The notes: generated from the sequence alone by a model not told the origin. DNA of 64,000 nt from a virus (IMGVR_UViG_3300037692_000137:170229-234228); one strand, 5' to 3'; shown: positions 36,984 to 46,396, counted from the first letter of the stretch. Translations and numbers: made by a program.

Positions 36984-37934
36984 ATGGATATTTATGAAAG
37001 AATAACTACCAGGCTTGATGGCTTCTTCAAAAAAGGTATGAAGAGGCATTCCTTTGTTGACAAACAACAACACCAGTTGGCCAGAATCAACGCCTCAAAG
37101 ATTTCAAGGGCGCTTAACTCACTGCCGATGTACTTTGTTAACATCTACGATGAATTGGTAAGTCCTACATTTAGGGAACACGCTGCTAAAATATCCGAAT
37201 ACGTAAAGAAGAATAACATTACAGTTGATGAAGTATATGCCGCGTTTAGGGCCCCTTACAATGATTTTGTTCTTTGCGATGGCGTGGACCTTTATATCGT
37301 AAATAGTCCCGCTAATCTTGTACTTAACATGTTGGTGTTTACACCATATCGTGATGAAGGGCGCCCTTATTTTGGTCTATATATTGAGGCCAATCTTAAT
37401 ACCGATATGTGGAAGGTAAAAGATATGGTGATGTTAACCCATAATGCGTTACTTCCTAAAAAGGCTGTTTCAAAAGTATCAGCTGCTGATATACGTAACA
37501 TTTGTAACAGTCTTGACATTGAGAAGCTAACAGATATGTTTACTCGTGTGGGCCGGGTCATTCATAATTTTGTAATTTGTTCTGTATTTAGTAAGTTTGA
37601 AGGCGAGTATACCGATATTAAGAAGGTTACTCCTGGTGTTAAGCCTATTAGTAGTAGGCCTAATGTATTCAGAGAAATAGATATTAACCTCAACCATACA
37701 AAGTTTATTATGAACCGCAAAGCACAACGTAAGGGGCATAAACTTCAGTATCAAAGTGCTATGCCCAGGATGTTGAAGTACATGCGGCACGAGCGGTATA
37801 GCCAGAATGGGACACTTCCTATACAGTACGACATTCAAGGTAAGCCATACTACTACACTGTTGAGGTTGATCCGTTTACCAGAGGAAAAGAACTTCCTCG
37901 GAAAGAAGACAGTATCAAATACAAAGTCGGTTAG
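36984..37934 (+). CDS. Hypothetical protein (316 aa)
   Basis: GGAGG SD; long ORF. Confidence 0.7.
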   Translation: MDIYERITTRLDGFFKKGMKRHSFVDKQQHQLARINASKISRALNSLPMYFVNIYDELVSPTFREHAAKISEYVKKNNITVDEVYAAFRAPYNDFVLCDGVDLYIVNSPANLVLNMLVFTPYRDEGRPYFGLYIEANLNTDMWKVKDMVMLTHNALLPKKAVSKVSAADIRNICNSLDIEKLTDMFTRVGRVIHNFVICSVFSKFEGEYTDIKKVTPGVKPISSRPNVFREIDINLNHTKFIMNRKAQRKGHKLQYQSAMPRMLKYMRHERYSQNGTLPIQYDIQGKPYYYTVEVDPFTRGKELPRKEDSIKYKVG

Positions 37935-37953
37935 CCCTTAAAGGAGGTGCGTT

Positions 37954-38118
37954 ATGAAGATGAAGTATACAGTAATAGTCGAGAGCTCTACGTATAGGCT
38001 GGAAATCGAAGTTAATAAACTGCTTGCCGAGGGGTGGGTACTCCAAGGAGGAGTATCTACGACTACTTTGGAGGGCGGGACTCATTGTGCTCAGGCACTC
38101 GTGCTGATTGAGAAGTAA
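37954..38118 (+). CDS. DUF1737-like small protein (54 aa)
   Basis: AAGGAGG SD; EVNKLLAEGWVLQGGV...QAL. Confidence 0.55.
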   Translation: MKMKYTVIVESSTYRLEIEVNKLLAEGWVLQGGVSTTTLEGGTHCAQALVLIEK

Positions 38119-38159
38119 TAAGTGGTGGCGTCAATTGGTTCTTTTAAAGGAGGTTAACC

Positions 38160-38405
38160 ATGAACGGACACTTTTTGACTGGTATGTATTCTGGACACCT
38201 GGGAAATATCCAGGTAGCAGTCGTTGAGGGTAAATGGATGTACAGAAAGGTTAAGACTAGGGCAGCTCCTGATAAATATCTTCCTATGACTGAGTACGTC
38301 TGGGAGCGCTGCTGGCCTATCACTGAAGTAAAGTTGTTAAGGAAGCTGTATAGGACAACGGATGTCCTCTACAAAGAGAAGAAGGCTCGTGAGGTTGGAG
38401 CATAA
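38160..38405 (+). CDS. Early hypothetical protein (81 aa)
   Basis: AAGGAGG SD. Confidence 0.6.
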   Translation: MNGHFLTGMYSGHLGNIQVAVVEGKWMYRKVKTRAAPDKYLPMTEYVWERCWPITEVKLLRKLYRTTDVLYKEKKAREVGA

Positions 38406-38417
38406 CCGTACCACAAT

Positions 38418-38455
38418 GGGGAAAGGGCACTAGCTGCCTTTTCCCCCGTTTTTTT
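38418..38455 (+). terminator. Intrinsic terminator
   Basis: GGGGAAAGGGCA/TGCCTTTTCCCC stem followed by T7. Confidence 0.85.
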
Positions 38456-38830
38456 GAGGGGTAGTGTTACGAGAGCCACACCTCTTCTATCTGCTTGAGG
38501 GTGTAGATAGTTAACCCAAAACTCTTATTAACCTTGTTCATATCAGGAGGTATGGACGTATGTCTGAAATGACAAAAGATATTTGGTATTAGGTTATGGG
38601 TAGGCTTTGCCCCCATATGGGGGCGCGCCATTGTGCGCACAAAAGACATGCCCGTAACAGCTCCTTAAATTCCACCGGTTTCCTATGGAGGCATTGCCCT
38701 TGTGGGAACCCCGAGACCTCGGAAGAAGCAACCAGGTTTGAAAGAGTCCATGGTATGGGCCGGCCCCTAATTGGTACTGCCTTGGACAGACCATTACATT
38801 CAACTCATTGGCATAAAGGAGGTGGTTCAA

Positions 38831-39205
38831 ATGCCATTCTACACTGCGCGTATTAATTATAGTGGTGCTGACAGATTAGACATCACTGCTGCTGGACAAC
38901 ACCCGATAGGTAAGATATTTGCTCCTACTTGGGAAATTGTTAAAATGTGGCAAAACGCAAAAAAGTTGACTGAAAAAACTGGAGACCCCCGTATATTAGC
39001 TAAGGCAGAAGATTATTATAGAGAACAATATAAAGAGCAGATGCGAGCCAGTATACACAACAACGGAGGTACGTGGATTCAAGTACTTTCACAACCAACA
39101 GTTACCTTTGTTTGCTACTGCCCATCAGGGACATTCTGCCATAGGTATCAACTTATGGAAATTCTAACAAAAGAGTTAGGCGCCATCTACATAGGCGAAC
39201 GCTAA
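38831..39205 (+). CDS. DUF488/YeaO-like protein (start re-called)
   Basis: AAGGAGG SD; FAPTW...Y..QY...TFVCYC....CHR. Confidence 0.65.
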   Translation: MPFYTARINYSGADRLDITAAGQHPIGKIFAPTWEIVKMWQNAKKLTEKTGDPRILAKAEDYYREQYKEQMRASIHNNGGTWIQVLSQPTVTFVCYCPSGTFCHRYQLMEILTKELGAIYIGER

Positions 39206-39387
39206 CTACTTGGCCGTTTGGCGACGCAAGCCATCCCCTTGCATCCGCTGGCCAAGTCTCTACAAATTCCATGTAATATATTCACGAAGTACTGCTGATG
39301 AAGACACAATTTTTCCCGTATTGTGGAGAGCCATTATGGTATCTACCACTTCAACTCAACTTAACCCAAGATTAAAGGAGAAACACC

Positions 39388-39600
39388 ATGCCGACATACA
39401 AAAGAAAATTGGGCAAAAGAGATTATAAAGAGTTGTTATTAACCCAGGAAGAGGCCAGTAGCGTGGACCTTATGGAGAGTATATACAACAACGTACCGAC
39501 ATGTGGCGGGCAGTGGCAACACGAGGAGGAAAGCACATGGCGGCCCTCATGCCGTAGGAAAAATGACAGGCAATTAAGTCTTGACAAACTTTTCAGGTAG
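39388..39600 (+). CDS. Hypothetical protein (70 aa)
   Basis: AAGGAG SD. Confidence 0.45.
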   Translation: MPTYKRKLGKRDYKELLLTQEEASSVDLMESIYNNVPTCGGQWQHEEESTWRPSCRRKNDRQLSLDKLFR

Positions 39601-39627
39601 TGGTAGTGGTAGTAGGTAGTAACACCG

Positions 39628-39652
39628 GTAGTGTTTTTTCCCGCTTCGCGGA
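39628..39652 (+). repeat. Dispersed 25-bp leader motif, copy 1 (GTAGTGTTTTTTCCCGCTTCGCGGA)
   Basis: Identical at 41639; one T shorter at 58401. Confidence 0.9.
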
Positions 39653-39702
39653 GGGGCTGGCGTATTGTCAGTCCCATAACCATACTCTTATAGGAGAACA
39701 AC

Positions 39703-41358
39703 ATGTTTACACTCAACGAAGATGCTGCTTTGGCTATGGAAAAAGCCGAGCAAGCACAACAAAAACGTGCGCAAGAAGAAGCCGAAGCTATTGCTGCGCA
39801 ACAGAGGAGAGCAGCTGCTGAGGCACAAGCAGCCGCCGAGGAGGCCAAGTGGGGCAAGAACCGGCTGATCATTTGTGCAGGTGAGTTAGCCATCAACGGG
39901 GTACAGCTGCTGCCGGCGAAACTGATAGGTGTTATCCAGGAAATCTGGAAAATGACCAACAAACCATTCTTGGGTAGCACATCCTTTACCAGGGATATCC
40001 TCACGGACGCTGTCTCAAACAGCAAACTTACCGGAGTCTATGACGCCACCACCAAGTCGGTTGTAATCAGCCTGCACCAACTTTGGGAAGACTGTACCAA
40101 ACCTGAATGCCTCCAACGTATGGGTATGGCAGAACAGGTGTGGGCAACCCTGCTTCAAGTGGTATCTCATGAGATTGTACACGCTGTTGAGCCAGAAGAG
40201 CGCGCCTGTGAAGTACGTGCCAAGGACATCATTACCACTTTGGCACAAAAGTTCGACCTCGAATGTCCGGCCATCGTCGACATGGGTTGGTTCGCCCCCA
40301 AACTGGATGAGTGGTATGCCAGCATCGAGAACAGTGATGAGGAACTCCACAAGCTCCAGAGGCAGATGCGTATGGAGGGTGTTCCTTATATCTTCGCCAG
40401 CGGGAAAAGGCTGAGCAGCATGAGACAGTGGTTCAGACTGTATCACGTTGAGAGGCGTGAAGAAACCGCATGGGATGAGGCAGTTAGTTCACTCATTCTT
40501 CAAGGCGCACAGCCCACACCTCCGGCCAATCCGCACGTAACCAACGCGGCAGCAACCACAATAGCAGAGGCAGCAATGACCATGGGAACCTATGAGATGC
40601 CTAAGATGCCTGGAGTGCCTGCGGCCGAAACAACAGCTGCCGGTCTTAATGACCTGAGAGCACAGATGGCTGCGCTGGGAGTTCCGTTCGGTGATGGCTG
40701 CTCGACGGTGACTGAGGAAGGTTACGATGCTTCCGCACAGATGCCCGGTGAGCTTAACTTCGGTGAAACACCCAACTATCAGCCGGCAGCACAGCAGGGA
40801 CAGCAGAAACAGTACAGTGGCCCTGCTCCCTGGGCAATGCCAAGCAGCATCCCACCTCAGCCCCTCGAAGCACCTATTGATGAGCTGAGAACGTACACTA
40901 GGGAAGTCATGATTCGTGCGTTCATGGCCATATTCGGCTACTGTGGATGGAATGGGCAGGGTGGGTACAGTGACCCTGACTTCGTGGCCAGAACCCCAAT
41001 CAATGTAACCGACATCCCACATGTCAACAACATCCTTCTGGGACTCGACACGGTGGTAGACAAGCGTAAAGTCTACGACCAGCCGACCCAAGGTATCATT
41101 CGAGGGTTTGTTGGCAAAGCAGCCAAGATGCCGCAGTATTCGTTACATATTAACCATGGGAGTAAGGTAGTTAGGTACTCCTTGATGCCGCAAAATCCGG
41201 AGCGGCCTGGACCTCGTGGGCAGGAAGCGAAAGCCGGAGCGATGTTCGGCTGGGTTACTATGCCGGGTGAAGGAGACAAGAGTGTCTACGTAGCCAAGAT
41301 ATCCTGCCCCTCTGGTGTAGTAAATCGTGCAAACATGGTCTTTGAAAAACTGGTGTAG
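39703..41358 (+). CDS. 551-aa protein with a HExxH metallopeptidase-like motif and a P/Q/A-rich linker
   Basis: AGGAG SD; VVSHEIVHA. Confidence 0.7.
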   Translation: MFTLNEDAALAMEKAEQAQQKRAQEEAEAIAAQQRRAAAEAQAAAEEAKWGKNRLIICAGELAINGVQLLPAKLIGVIQEIWKMTNKPFLGSTSFTRDILTDAVSNSKLTGVYDATTKSVVISLHQLWEDCTKPECLQRMGMAEQVWATLLQVVSHEIVHAVEPEERACEVRAKDIITTLAQKFDLECPAIVDMGWFAPKLDEWYASIENSDEELHKLQRQMRMEGVPYIFASGKRLSSMRQWFRLYHVERREETAWDEAVSSLILQGAQPTPPANPHVTNAAATTIAEAAMTMGTYEMPKMPGVPAAETTAAGLNDLRAQMAALGVPFGDGCSTVTEEGYDASAQMPGELNFGETPNYQPAAQQGQQKQYSGPAPWAMPSSIPPQPLEAPIDELRTYTREVMIRAFMAIFGYCGWNGQGGYSDPDFVARTPINVTDIPHVNNILLGLDTVVDKRKVYDQPTQGIIRGFVGKAAKMPQYSLHINHGSKVVRYSLMPQNPERPGPRGQEAKAGAMFGWVTMPGEGDKSVYVAKISCPSGVVNRANMVFEKLV

Positions 41359-41360
41359 CC

Positions 41361-41642
41361 ATGGCACCATACAGGGGTATGATTGAAGCCATTACCTCCA
41401 GTGAGTTTCGTATACAGCTCATTGGGGGTAACCCTGTAACATTCCCATATGATAACAAGTATGCGCATATGCGTAAATATGAAATCATCTGGGTATATAT
41501 CTATCACGGCGTAGTAACCGAGCTCCATACGTTAGAGTGTGTAGAACGTAAGAGCAAGGTGCGCCATAGACCACCACCAATGTCGCTGGAGATGTTGGAA
41601 GTGGAAGCAGGGGACTGTTTCGAAGAGGGTATTGTTTGGTAG
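41361..41642 (+). CDS. Hypothetical protein (93 aa)
   Basis: Coupled ORF. Confidence 0.5.
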   Translation: MAPYRGMIEAITSSEFRIQLIGGNPVTFPYDNKYAHMRKYEIIWVYIYHGVVTELHTLECVERKSKVRHRPPPMSLEMLEVEAGDCFEEGIVW

Positions 41643-41663
41643 TGTTTTTTCCCGCTTCGCGGA
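41639..41663 (+). repeat. Dispersed 25-bp leader motif, copy 2
   Basis: Exact match to 39628-39652. Confidence 0.9.
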
Positions 41664-41741
41664 TAGTGTAGTGGTAGTTAGTAGTGTGGAGGTGCATTTA
41701 GCACCAAACAATTAATAATCTTTTTATTATGAGGTATTACA

Positions 41742-42767
41742 ATGATCGGACGCAAAACAACTGACGTATTTGGCACAATCGTACCCGCAACCCTTGGTTG
41801 GAACGCTGGTCAGCCAGTGAAACACGCATTGATTGGCGGTGTTCTTACTCCGCCGTGTATGAAAAATGGAGTGCGGCAGAAAGAGCGCGTGACCTTTGAT
41901 GTACTGATCAACGACAATAGCGAGGCAGGTTATTCCATCACTCGTTGTGTAGCATGGAGTAGTGCTGAAGCTGAGTCTGGAAAAGGCTTCGCGGCGAAAC
42001 TGGCGCGGATGCTCGTACCTGGACGTTATATCTGTCTCTTCGGAGCTACCATTAGCTCAAACAAGGTGGCAGTCCTGAATAACGACGCTACCCCGGTGCT
42101 TCATAACGGCACGCAATATTTCCGTACATTTGATTCAGTGGTAGTACAGCCAGGTGGGAATATTATCATAAACCGTGATTCTCTGGAAACGCAGGCAGCT
42201 ATGGCGAGGCACTATAACAAGGCCAAAACCTTCGCCGGTAATTCCTGGGACTTCTTCCATCGTCCGCTGTCCGTCTACTGCGACCAGAATGGAGAAGTCC
42301 ATTTCATGTCCGACGCTACGAAAGCCGAGCTGGAAGCCACCAACAAATGTCGTAATAGCATTCCGTTGTTCACGGGTATGCAGACTTATGGGTTCTGTAC
42401 AGTACGCCTGCCTGAGGGTGCCCTGCCGGTATATCCGCGGAGCAATGAGTACGACGCATGGCTGGCACGGTATAAAGCTGCTGGTATTCTCGATGCTAAC
42501 GGTCTTCCGATGCTGACACCTGGACAGCAGAACGTTGCTACTCCGGCTGCTGGTCTTCAGATGCCAACCATGGGTGGGACTACCACCATGCCGCAGATGC
42601 CAGGTATGCCTGGTACGACCACCACACCGGCAAGTACGGCCAATGCAACGGCCTCAGCACTGGGAATCGATGCGAACATGCTGAAACTGCTTCAGGCTGC
42701 GCTGGCTGGTCAAGGGCATAGTACTGAGGCTAGTGCCGGCGGTGAAATGCCGACTGTTATGATTTAA
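41742..42767 (+). CDS. 341-aa protein, possibly OB-fold/SSB-like, with a low-complexity tail
   Basis: GAGG SD; RVTFDVLIND...ITRCVAW...AAKLARMLVPGRYICLFG resembles SSB strand order; M/P/G/T-rich C-terminus. Confidence 0.55.
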   Translation: MIGRKTTDVFGTIVPATLGWNAGQPVKHALIGGVLTPPCMKNGVRQKERVTFDVLINDNSEAGYSITRCVAWSSAEAESGKGFAAKLARMLVPGRYICLFGATISSNKVAVLNNDATPVLHNGTQYFRTFDSVVVQPGGNIIINRDSLETQAAMARHYNKAKTFAGNSWDFFHRPLSVYCDQNGEVHFMSDATKAELEATNKCRNSIPLFTGMQTYGFCTVRLPEGALPVYPRSNEYDAWLARYKAAGILDANGLPMLTPGQQNVATPAAGLQMPTMGGTTTMPQMPGMPGTTTTPASTANATASALGIDANMLKLLQAALAGQGHSTEASAGGEMPTVMI

Positions 42768-42814
42768 TAGTACATAAGTGTAGTACCGCAGTAAAACAGC
42801 TTTGATACGGCTGA

Positions 42815-42851
42815 GGGGGAGAGGCAATCGTGCCTCTCCCCCGTTTTTTTT
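42815..42851 (+). terminator. Intrinsic terminator
   Basis: GGGGGAGAGGCA/TGCCTCTCCCCC stem followed by T8. Confidence 0.9.
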
Positions 42852-43036
42852 CATACACATAAGGAGCTAACTTAATGCTGCTACTAATAGGTAGTAAAAT
42901 CCCGAATTTTTTTAACATAGGACATATACTATACAAGAAGTACTTTTACTGCGCTGGGGCGCTAATGGTAGTGTATGGAACGAGTAACACATTTCATACA
43001 CCGAAGTTAGTTTTACAGCCGGGGAAAGAAAGACGA

Positions 43037-43309
43037 CTATAGGACCGACTCTTCGTTCATACCTGCAGTTTTTTTCAATTCATTTTTACTGCGTGGCTTT
43101 CTTGCTAGCAGTTCATCTTTATATGCCATAGAATGTTCTACTATATTAGAAATACTTACTGTACCAAGTAGCTGATGTACAATAATGTCTACCACTCTAC
43201 CAACTCCAACTTTGTTGCCCGTTTCTTTTTCTATAAACTTACTTAACATATATAAATTAGCTAAGGTAGTGTCAAGTAACCTAAGTGTAATATCTTTTTT
43301 ATCTAACAT
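43037..43309 (-). CDS. Small ribbon-helix-helix-like DNA-binding protein (90 aa)
   Basis: AGGAG SD; ITLRL strand, helix DTTLANLYMLSKF, G, helix VGRVVDIIVHQLL; has its own promoter; the only convincing minus-strand gene in the right arm. Confidence 0.55.
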   Translation of the reverse strand: MLDKKDITLRLLDTTLANLYMLSKFIEKETGNKVGVGRVVDIIVHQLLGTVSISNIVEHSMAYKDELLARKPRSKNELKKTAGMNEESVL

Positions 43310-43326
43310 AATTCTTCTCCTGTCGT

Positions 43327-43454
43327 TAAGTTAATACATTAACTTATAGAGATAAGTTAATACATTAATTTATCTTTTATACTACACTACATTAATTTAT
43401 CTTTTATACTACACTACATTAATTTATCTTTTATACTATACTACATTAATTTAT
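43327..43454. repeat. Tandem 27-bp repeats (TACATTAATTTATCTTTTATACTACAC): three full and two partial units
   Basis: TACATTAA cores at 43335, 43361, 43388, 43415 and 43442 (spacing 26, 27, 27, 27). Confidence 0.93.
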
Positions 43455-43483
43455 AGTATACTATATCATACCCTAACTGTCAA
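43455..43483 (-). promoter_or_regulatory. Sigma70-type promoter reading into the 27-bp array and the RHH-like gene
   Basis: TTGACA-17 nt-TATACT on the minus strand. Confidence 0.8.
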
Positions 43484-43494
43484 GAGGTAATCAA

Positions 43495-43683
43495 ATGAAA
43501 AAAGAGAAAAAAGCGTCTGTCAAACTGAATGTATACCCTATTATAGGTGGTATTCTCATTATATTGTCCTGGTTAATGGTCTGGTACCTAGCCATAGCCA
43601 CTGGATTCATGGACTGGTCTATGAATGAGTACAACAAAATAGTCTCAACGCCCCCACAAGTGTCTGATTCTAAAACAAAATAG
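43495..43683 (+). CDS. Small membrane protein (62 aa)
   Basis: GAGG SD; one TM segment. Confidence 0.55.
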   Translation: MKKEKKASVKLNVYPIIGGILIILSWLMVWYLAIATGFMDWSMNEYNKIVSTPPQVSDSKTK

Positions 43684-43957
43684 AATAACTCACGTATTTA
43701 CCCGTTTCTTTTTCAACAAAATAGTAAAACAGACCTAAAAGGTCCCATATAAAGGAGCAATATAGTCTATTATGCTAGTATATTGTTTTATACTCTATAG
43801 GGGTATAAATGGCACTAAAAATATAAGTAGTTAATATGCTTATCTATTTTATTTTGGGCGGCCTATAAAAGCCTAAAAGGGTATCGTTTTTACCCCTATA
43901 AACTATAAAATATTCGGCAAACAGCCCTACAACCCAATAAAACATATGAGGAGGTAA

Positions 43958-44158
43958 ATGACCCCTGTAATATATAAAATACTATACAATAGTATACTAC
44001 TATCTACCATGGTAAGCATTATCACAGGTATATGGTGTGTATACGATATGGATTCATTAACCAGGATTCTATATAAAGAGGTATCTAAACTATTCTTCGG
44101 CATAACCATAATTTCTGGCACGGCCCTAGGATTGATAAAGCTTTTAACTTCCACATAA
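43958..44158 (+). CDS. Small membrane protein (66 aa)
   Basis: GAGGAGG SD; two hydrophobic segments. Confidence 0.55.
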   Translation: MTPVIYKILYNSILLSTMVSIITGIWCVYDMDSLTRILYKEVSKLFFGITIISGTALGLIKLLTST

Positions 44159-44171
44159 GGAGATATAAACA

Positions 44172-44459
44172 ATGAAGAAACATTTAAGAGATATCAATCA
44201 ATTAAGAGCTTTAAACGGTGAAGAGTTACTAACCTGTATACCTGTACCAGAGCCTACCATGAAAGTAATAGCTAGTTTTGGGGAGTTAGTAAGAAGGGCT
44301 GCTGTTCTTGGTAAAGCAGAACAATCAGGGGATAAAGAAGCAATTGATAAAGCAAGAATAGCTCATAATGAATATAAAGTGATATGCTTAAACGCAGATG
44401 AACTGACCACAGGGCTAACCTACGGTGAGTTGACACCGTCTGTAAAGCCACGTGAATAA
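44172..44459 (+). CDS. Hypothetical protein (95 aa)
   Basis: AAGGAG SD. Confidence 0.6.
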   Translation: MKKHLRDINQLRALNGEELLTCIPVPEPTMKVIASFGELVRRAAVLGKAEQSGDKEAIDKARIAHNEYKVICLNADELTTGLTYGELTPSVKPRE

Positions 44460-44611
44460 AGGGTTTGCTTTATGGCTAGTCTACTACAAGGCTATGTAGT
44501 ACTATGTTATAGTATACTACTCTATCGATATTTTTTAATCGATTTCATCTATCGATAATTTTTTCGATATGTTGTGAGTGAGTGTTATCGACACCCTGAG
44601 AGCGTAATAAC

Positions 44612-44832
44612 ATAGTATAATATAGTGTAGTGTAAAGATAAAATAGAGTACCTATAATATAGAGTAGTGGAAAGGGGTGTAGTATGTAGCAGAGTAGTAT
44701 AAAGATAATATAGTGTAGTATGAAGGTAACTATAAAGATAAAATAGAGTAGTGGTATGGTAAACTTGTGGTATGGTAAACTTGCAATGTAGCAGAGTAGT
44801 ATGAAGATAAAAAGATAAACTTGTGGTGCTGT
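44612..44832. repeat. Degenerate repeat cluster (AAAGATAA, TGTAGCAGAGTAGTAT x2, GTGGTATGGTAAACTT x2)
   Basis: Read directly; partly the reverse complement of the 43.3-kb 27-mer. Confidence 0.75.
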
Positions 44833-45070
44833 AGCATAGTTTAAAGGAGGTTGCTATGTGGAAAGACTTTTTGAATGGTAATTGGAAGACTAGAGTTTAT
44901 ATACTCCTTCTTATATTTACTATAGGAGTTATTTTCTCTATATTGCTTTTAATGGTGTTTTGTACTTTTTGTAATACTTTAAAGTGCCTGTAATAATGCA
45001 TGTTCTCGGCTGGCTCTTTTCTTAGCCCGCGGGCGTAAATTGTAGTATAACATAGTATAAGGAGAATAGT

Positions 45071-45850
45071 ATGAATAATAAGAAAATACACTATGAAAAA
45101 TCAACGTGTTGTTCAGACACCAGAGAGCGAAAGCTACTCTATCATTATAATCCATTTCATGTAACGTGTGAGAAGTGCAAAGACCTTTTGAGGCCATATC
45201 TCTCACTGGCTGAAGGTGATACTGTTACTAACATTTATAAAAAGACTTCACTATTTGGCAAACGTGGTATTGTAAGTATACAAAAAGAAAATTTCTGTGT
45301 GGCTGTAACTTATGATACCGGATTTACCTATGTATACAACCCAATAGAAGTACATAGACACCTTAAACAAAGTAAAAAACCCCCTGTACACTACTGTATT
45401 CCTATCGCCAAGATGCCCCTTTTTGGACGGTCGGGAGAAAATGTTGTTCTTTGTGATAAAGATAGTACTATGTTTCTAGACCGTTCGCTGGAACATACAG
45501 AAGATGTAAACAAAGTAACGTGTACACACTGTATAAAAGTAATCAATACAGCTGAATTTAAAACCCTTATGGAGGAAAACACTGTGTCAGAAAACACAGT
45601 TGCTACACCTAATTACAGTGAACTTATGCTGTGTAAAGTAGACTATACAGGCAGGTATAGCTTGGTACTTAACACCTTTGATGCTACCGCCATAGATGCA
45701 ATGGTAGAATTTATGAAGACCGCTTGTCAATTAAATGCAATAGATATTGAAGAAATTTTTTCAGGAAAAATAACAAATGGTTTTAAGCTGGTTATACTTA
45801 AACCTGTTACTATTAAAACAGTATGTACATATACTGTTGAGGAACTTTAA
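45071..45850 (+). CDS. Hypothetical protein (259 aa) with two CxxC motifs
   Basis: AAGGAG SD; VTCEKC and VTCTHC. Confidence 0.65.
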   Translation: MNNKKIHYEKSTCCSDTRERKLLYHYNPFHVTCEKCKDLLRPYLSLAEGDTVTNIYKKTSLFGKRGIVSIQKENFCVAVTYDTGFTYVYNPIEVHRHLKQSKKPPVHYCIPIAKMPLFGRSGENVVLCDKDSTMFLDRSLEHTEDVNKVTCTHCIKVINTAEFKTLMEENTVSENTVATPNYSELMLCKVDYTGRYSLVLNTFDATAIDAMVEFMKTACQLNAIDIEEIFSGKITNGFKLVILKPVTIKTVCTYTVEEL

Positions 45851-45851
45851 T

Positions 45852-46094
45852 ATGGTAATGCACTTTTTCAAATATACACTTCTTCCGGCCGCGATACAAA
45901 TTGCAGTTATGCTTACTGATATACTGATATTAGTTGCTATTACTGCTTTTACGTTACGTTGGGGTTTATCGGGTTTTATTATAGCTGTTTTACTTGCAAT
46001 GCCTGGTGTACAAGCCACTGGCGGGTTTTTCTATTCTTGGAAACCCAGTGTAATTAAATCCTTTTTTGAGAATTGGCGCATAGATATGCGTTAG
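45852..46094 (+). CDS. Membrane protein (80 aa; start re-called)
   Basis: GAGGA SD; hydrophobic. Confidence 0.5.
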   Translation: MVMHFFKYTLLPAAIQIAVMLTDILILVAITAFTLRWGLSGFIIAVLLAMPGVQATGGFFYSWKPSVIKSFFENWRIDMR

Positions 46095-46183
46095 ATGGTA
46101 CGCTTACAGATGCTGAGTTTAGGGTGTTTGTATTGTGCTGGGAATAGAACAACCATGGAAACATTTAATATTGAGGAAGAAAA

Positions 46184-46396
46184 ATGAAACCGCCCAAACG
46201 AGCAAAAGTCAATAAGGTCAAGCGTCAGGAGGAACTTCAGGCACTTAAAACAGAGTTTGAGGAATTCAAAGCAATGACAAAAGCATTGCTGCATCTTGCT
46301 GACTTGGCATCTCAACCCCCTCATAATATAATTCAACCATCCCTTAACATTGTCAAGACACATAGAGTTCTTATCAATAAATACAGCCTCTTATAA
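46184..46396 (+). CDS. Hypothetical protein (70 aa)
   Basis: GAGGA SD. Confidence 0.5.
   Translation: MKPPKRAKVNKVKRQEELQALKTEFEEFKAMTKALLHLADLASQPPHNIIQPSLNIVKTHRVLINKYSLL

Noticed and set aside
38478-38510. Possible pseudoknot ACACCTC/CTATCT after the 38.4-kb terminator
   Set aside because: Requires a bulge and a zero-length loop; a simple hairpin explains it equally well
38540-38700. Short or interrupted ORFs (MSEMTKDIWY*; 38596..38856) as a recoded gene or pseudogene
   Set aside because: No frame gives a recognisable protein; insufficient evidence
39285-39330. CTGATGA at about 39295 as a third hammerhead
   Set aside because: No GAAA or stem III in a compatible arrangement
39628-39652. 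Repeated motif as an N4 virion-RNAP hairpin promoter or intrinsic terminator
   Set aside because: The A-run lies on the wrong side of the GAA hairpin for an N4-type promoter, and no U-tract follows the stem on either strand
43327-43454. 27-bp repeats as a CRISPR array
   Set aside because: Units are head-to-tail with no unique spacers, and no cas genes are present
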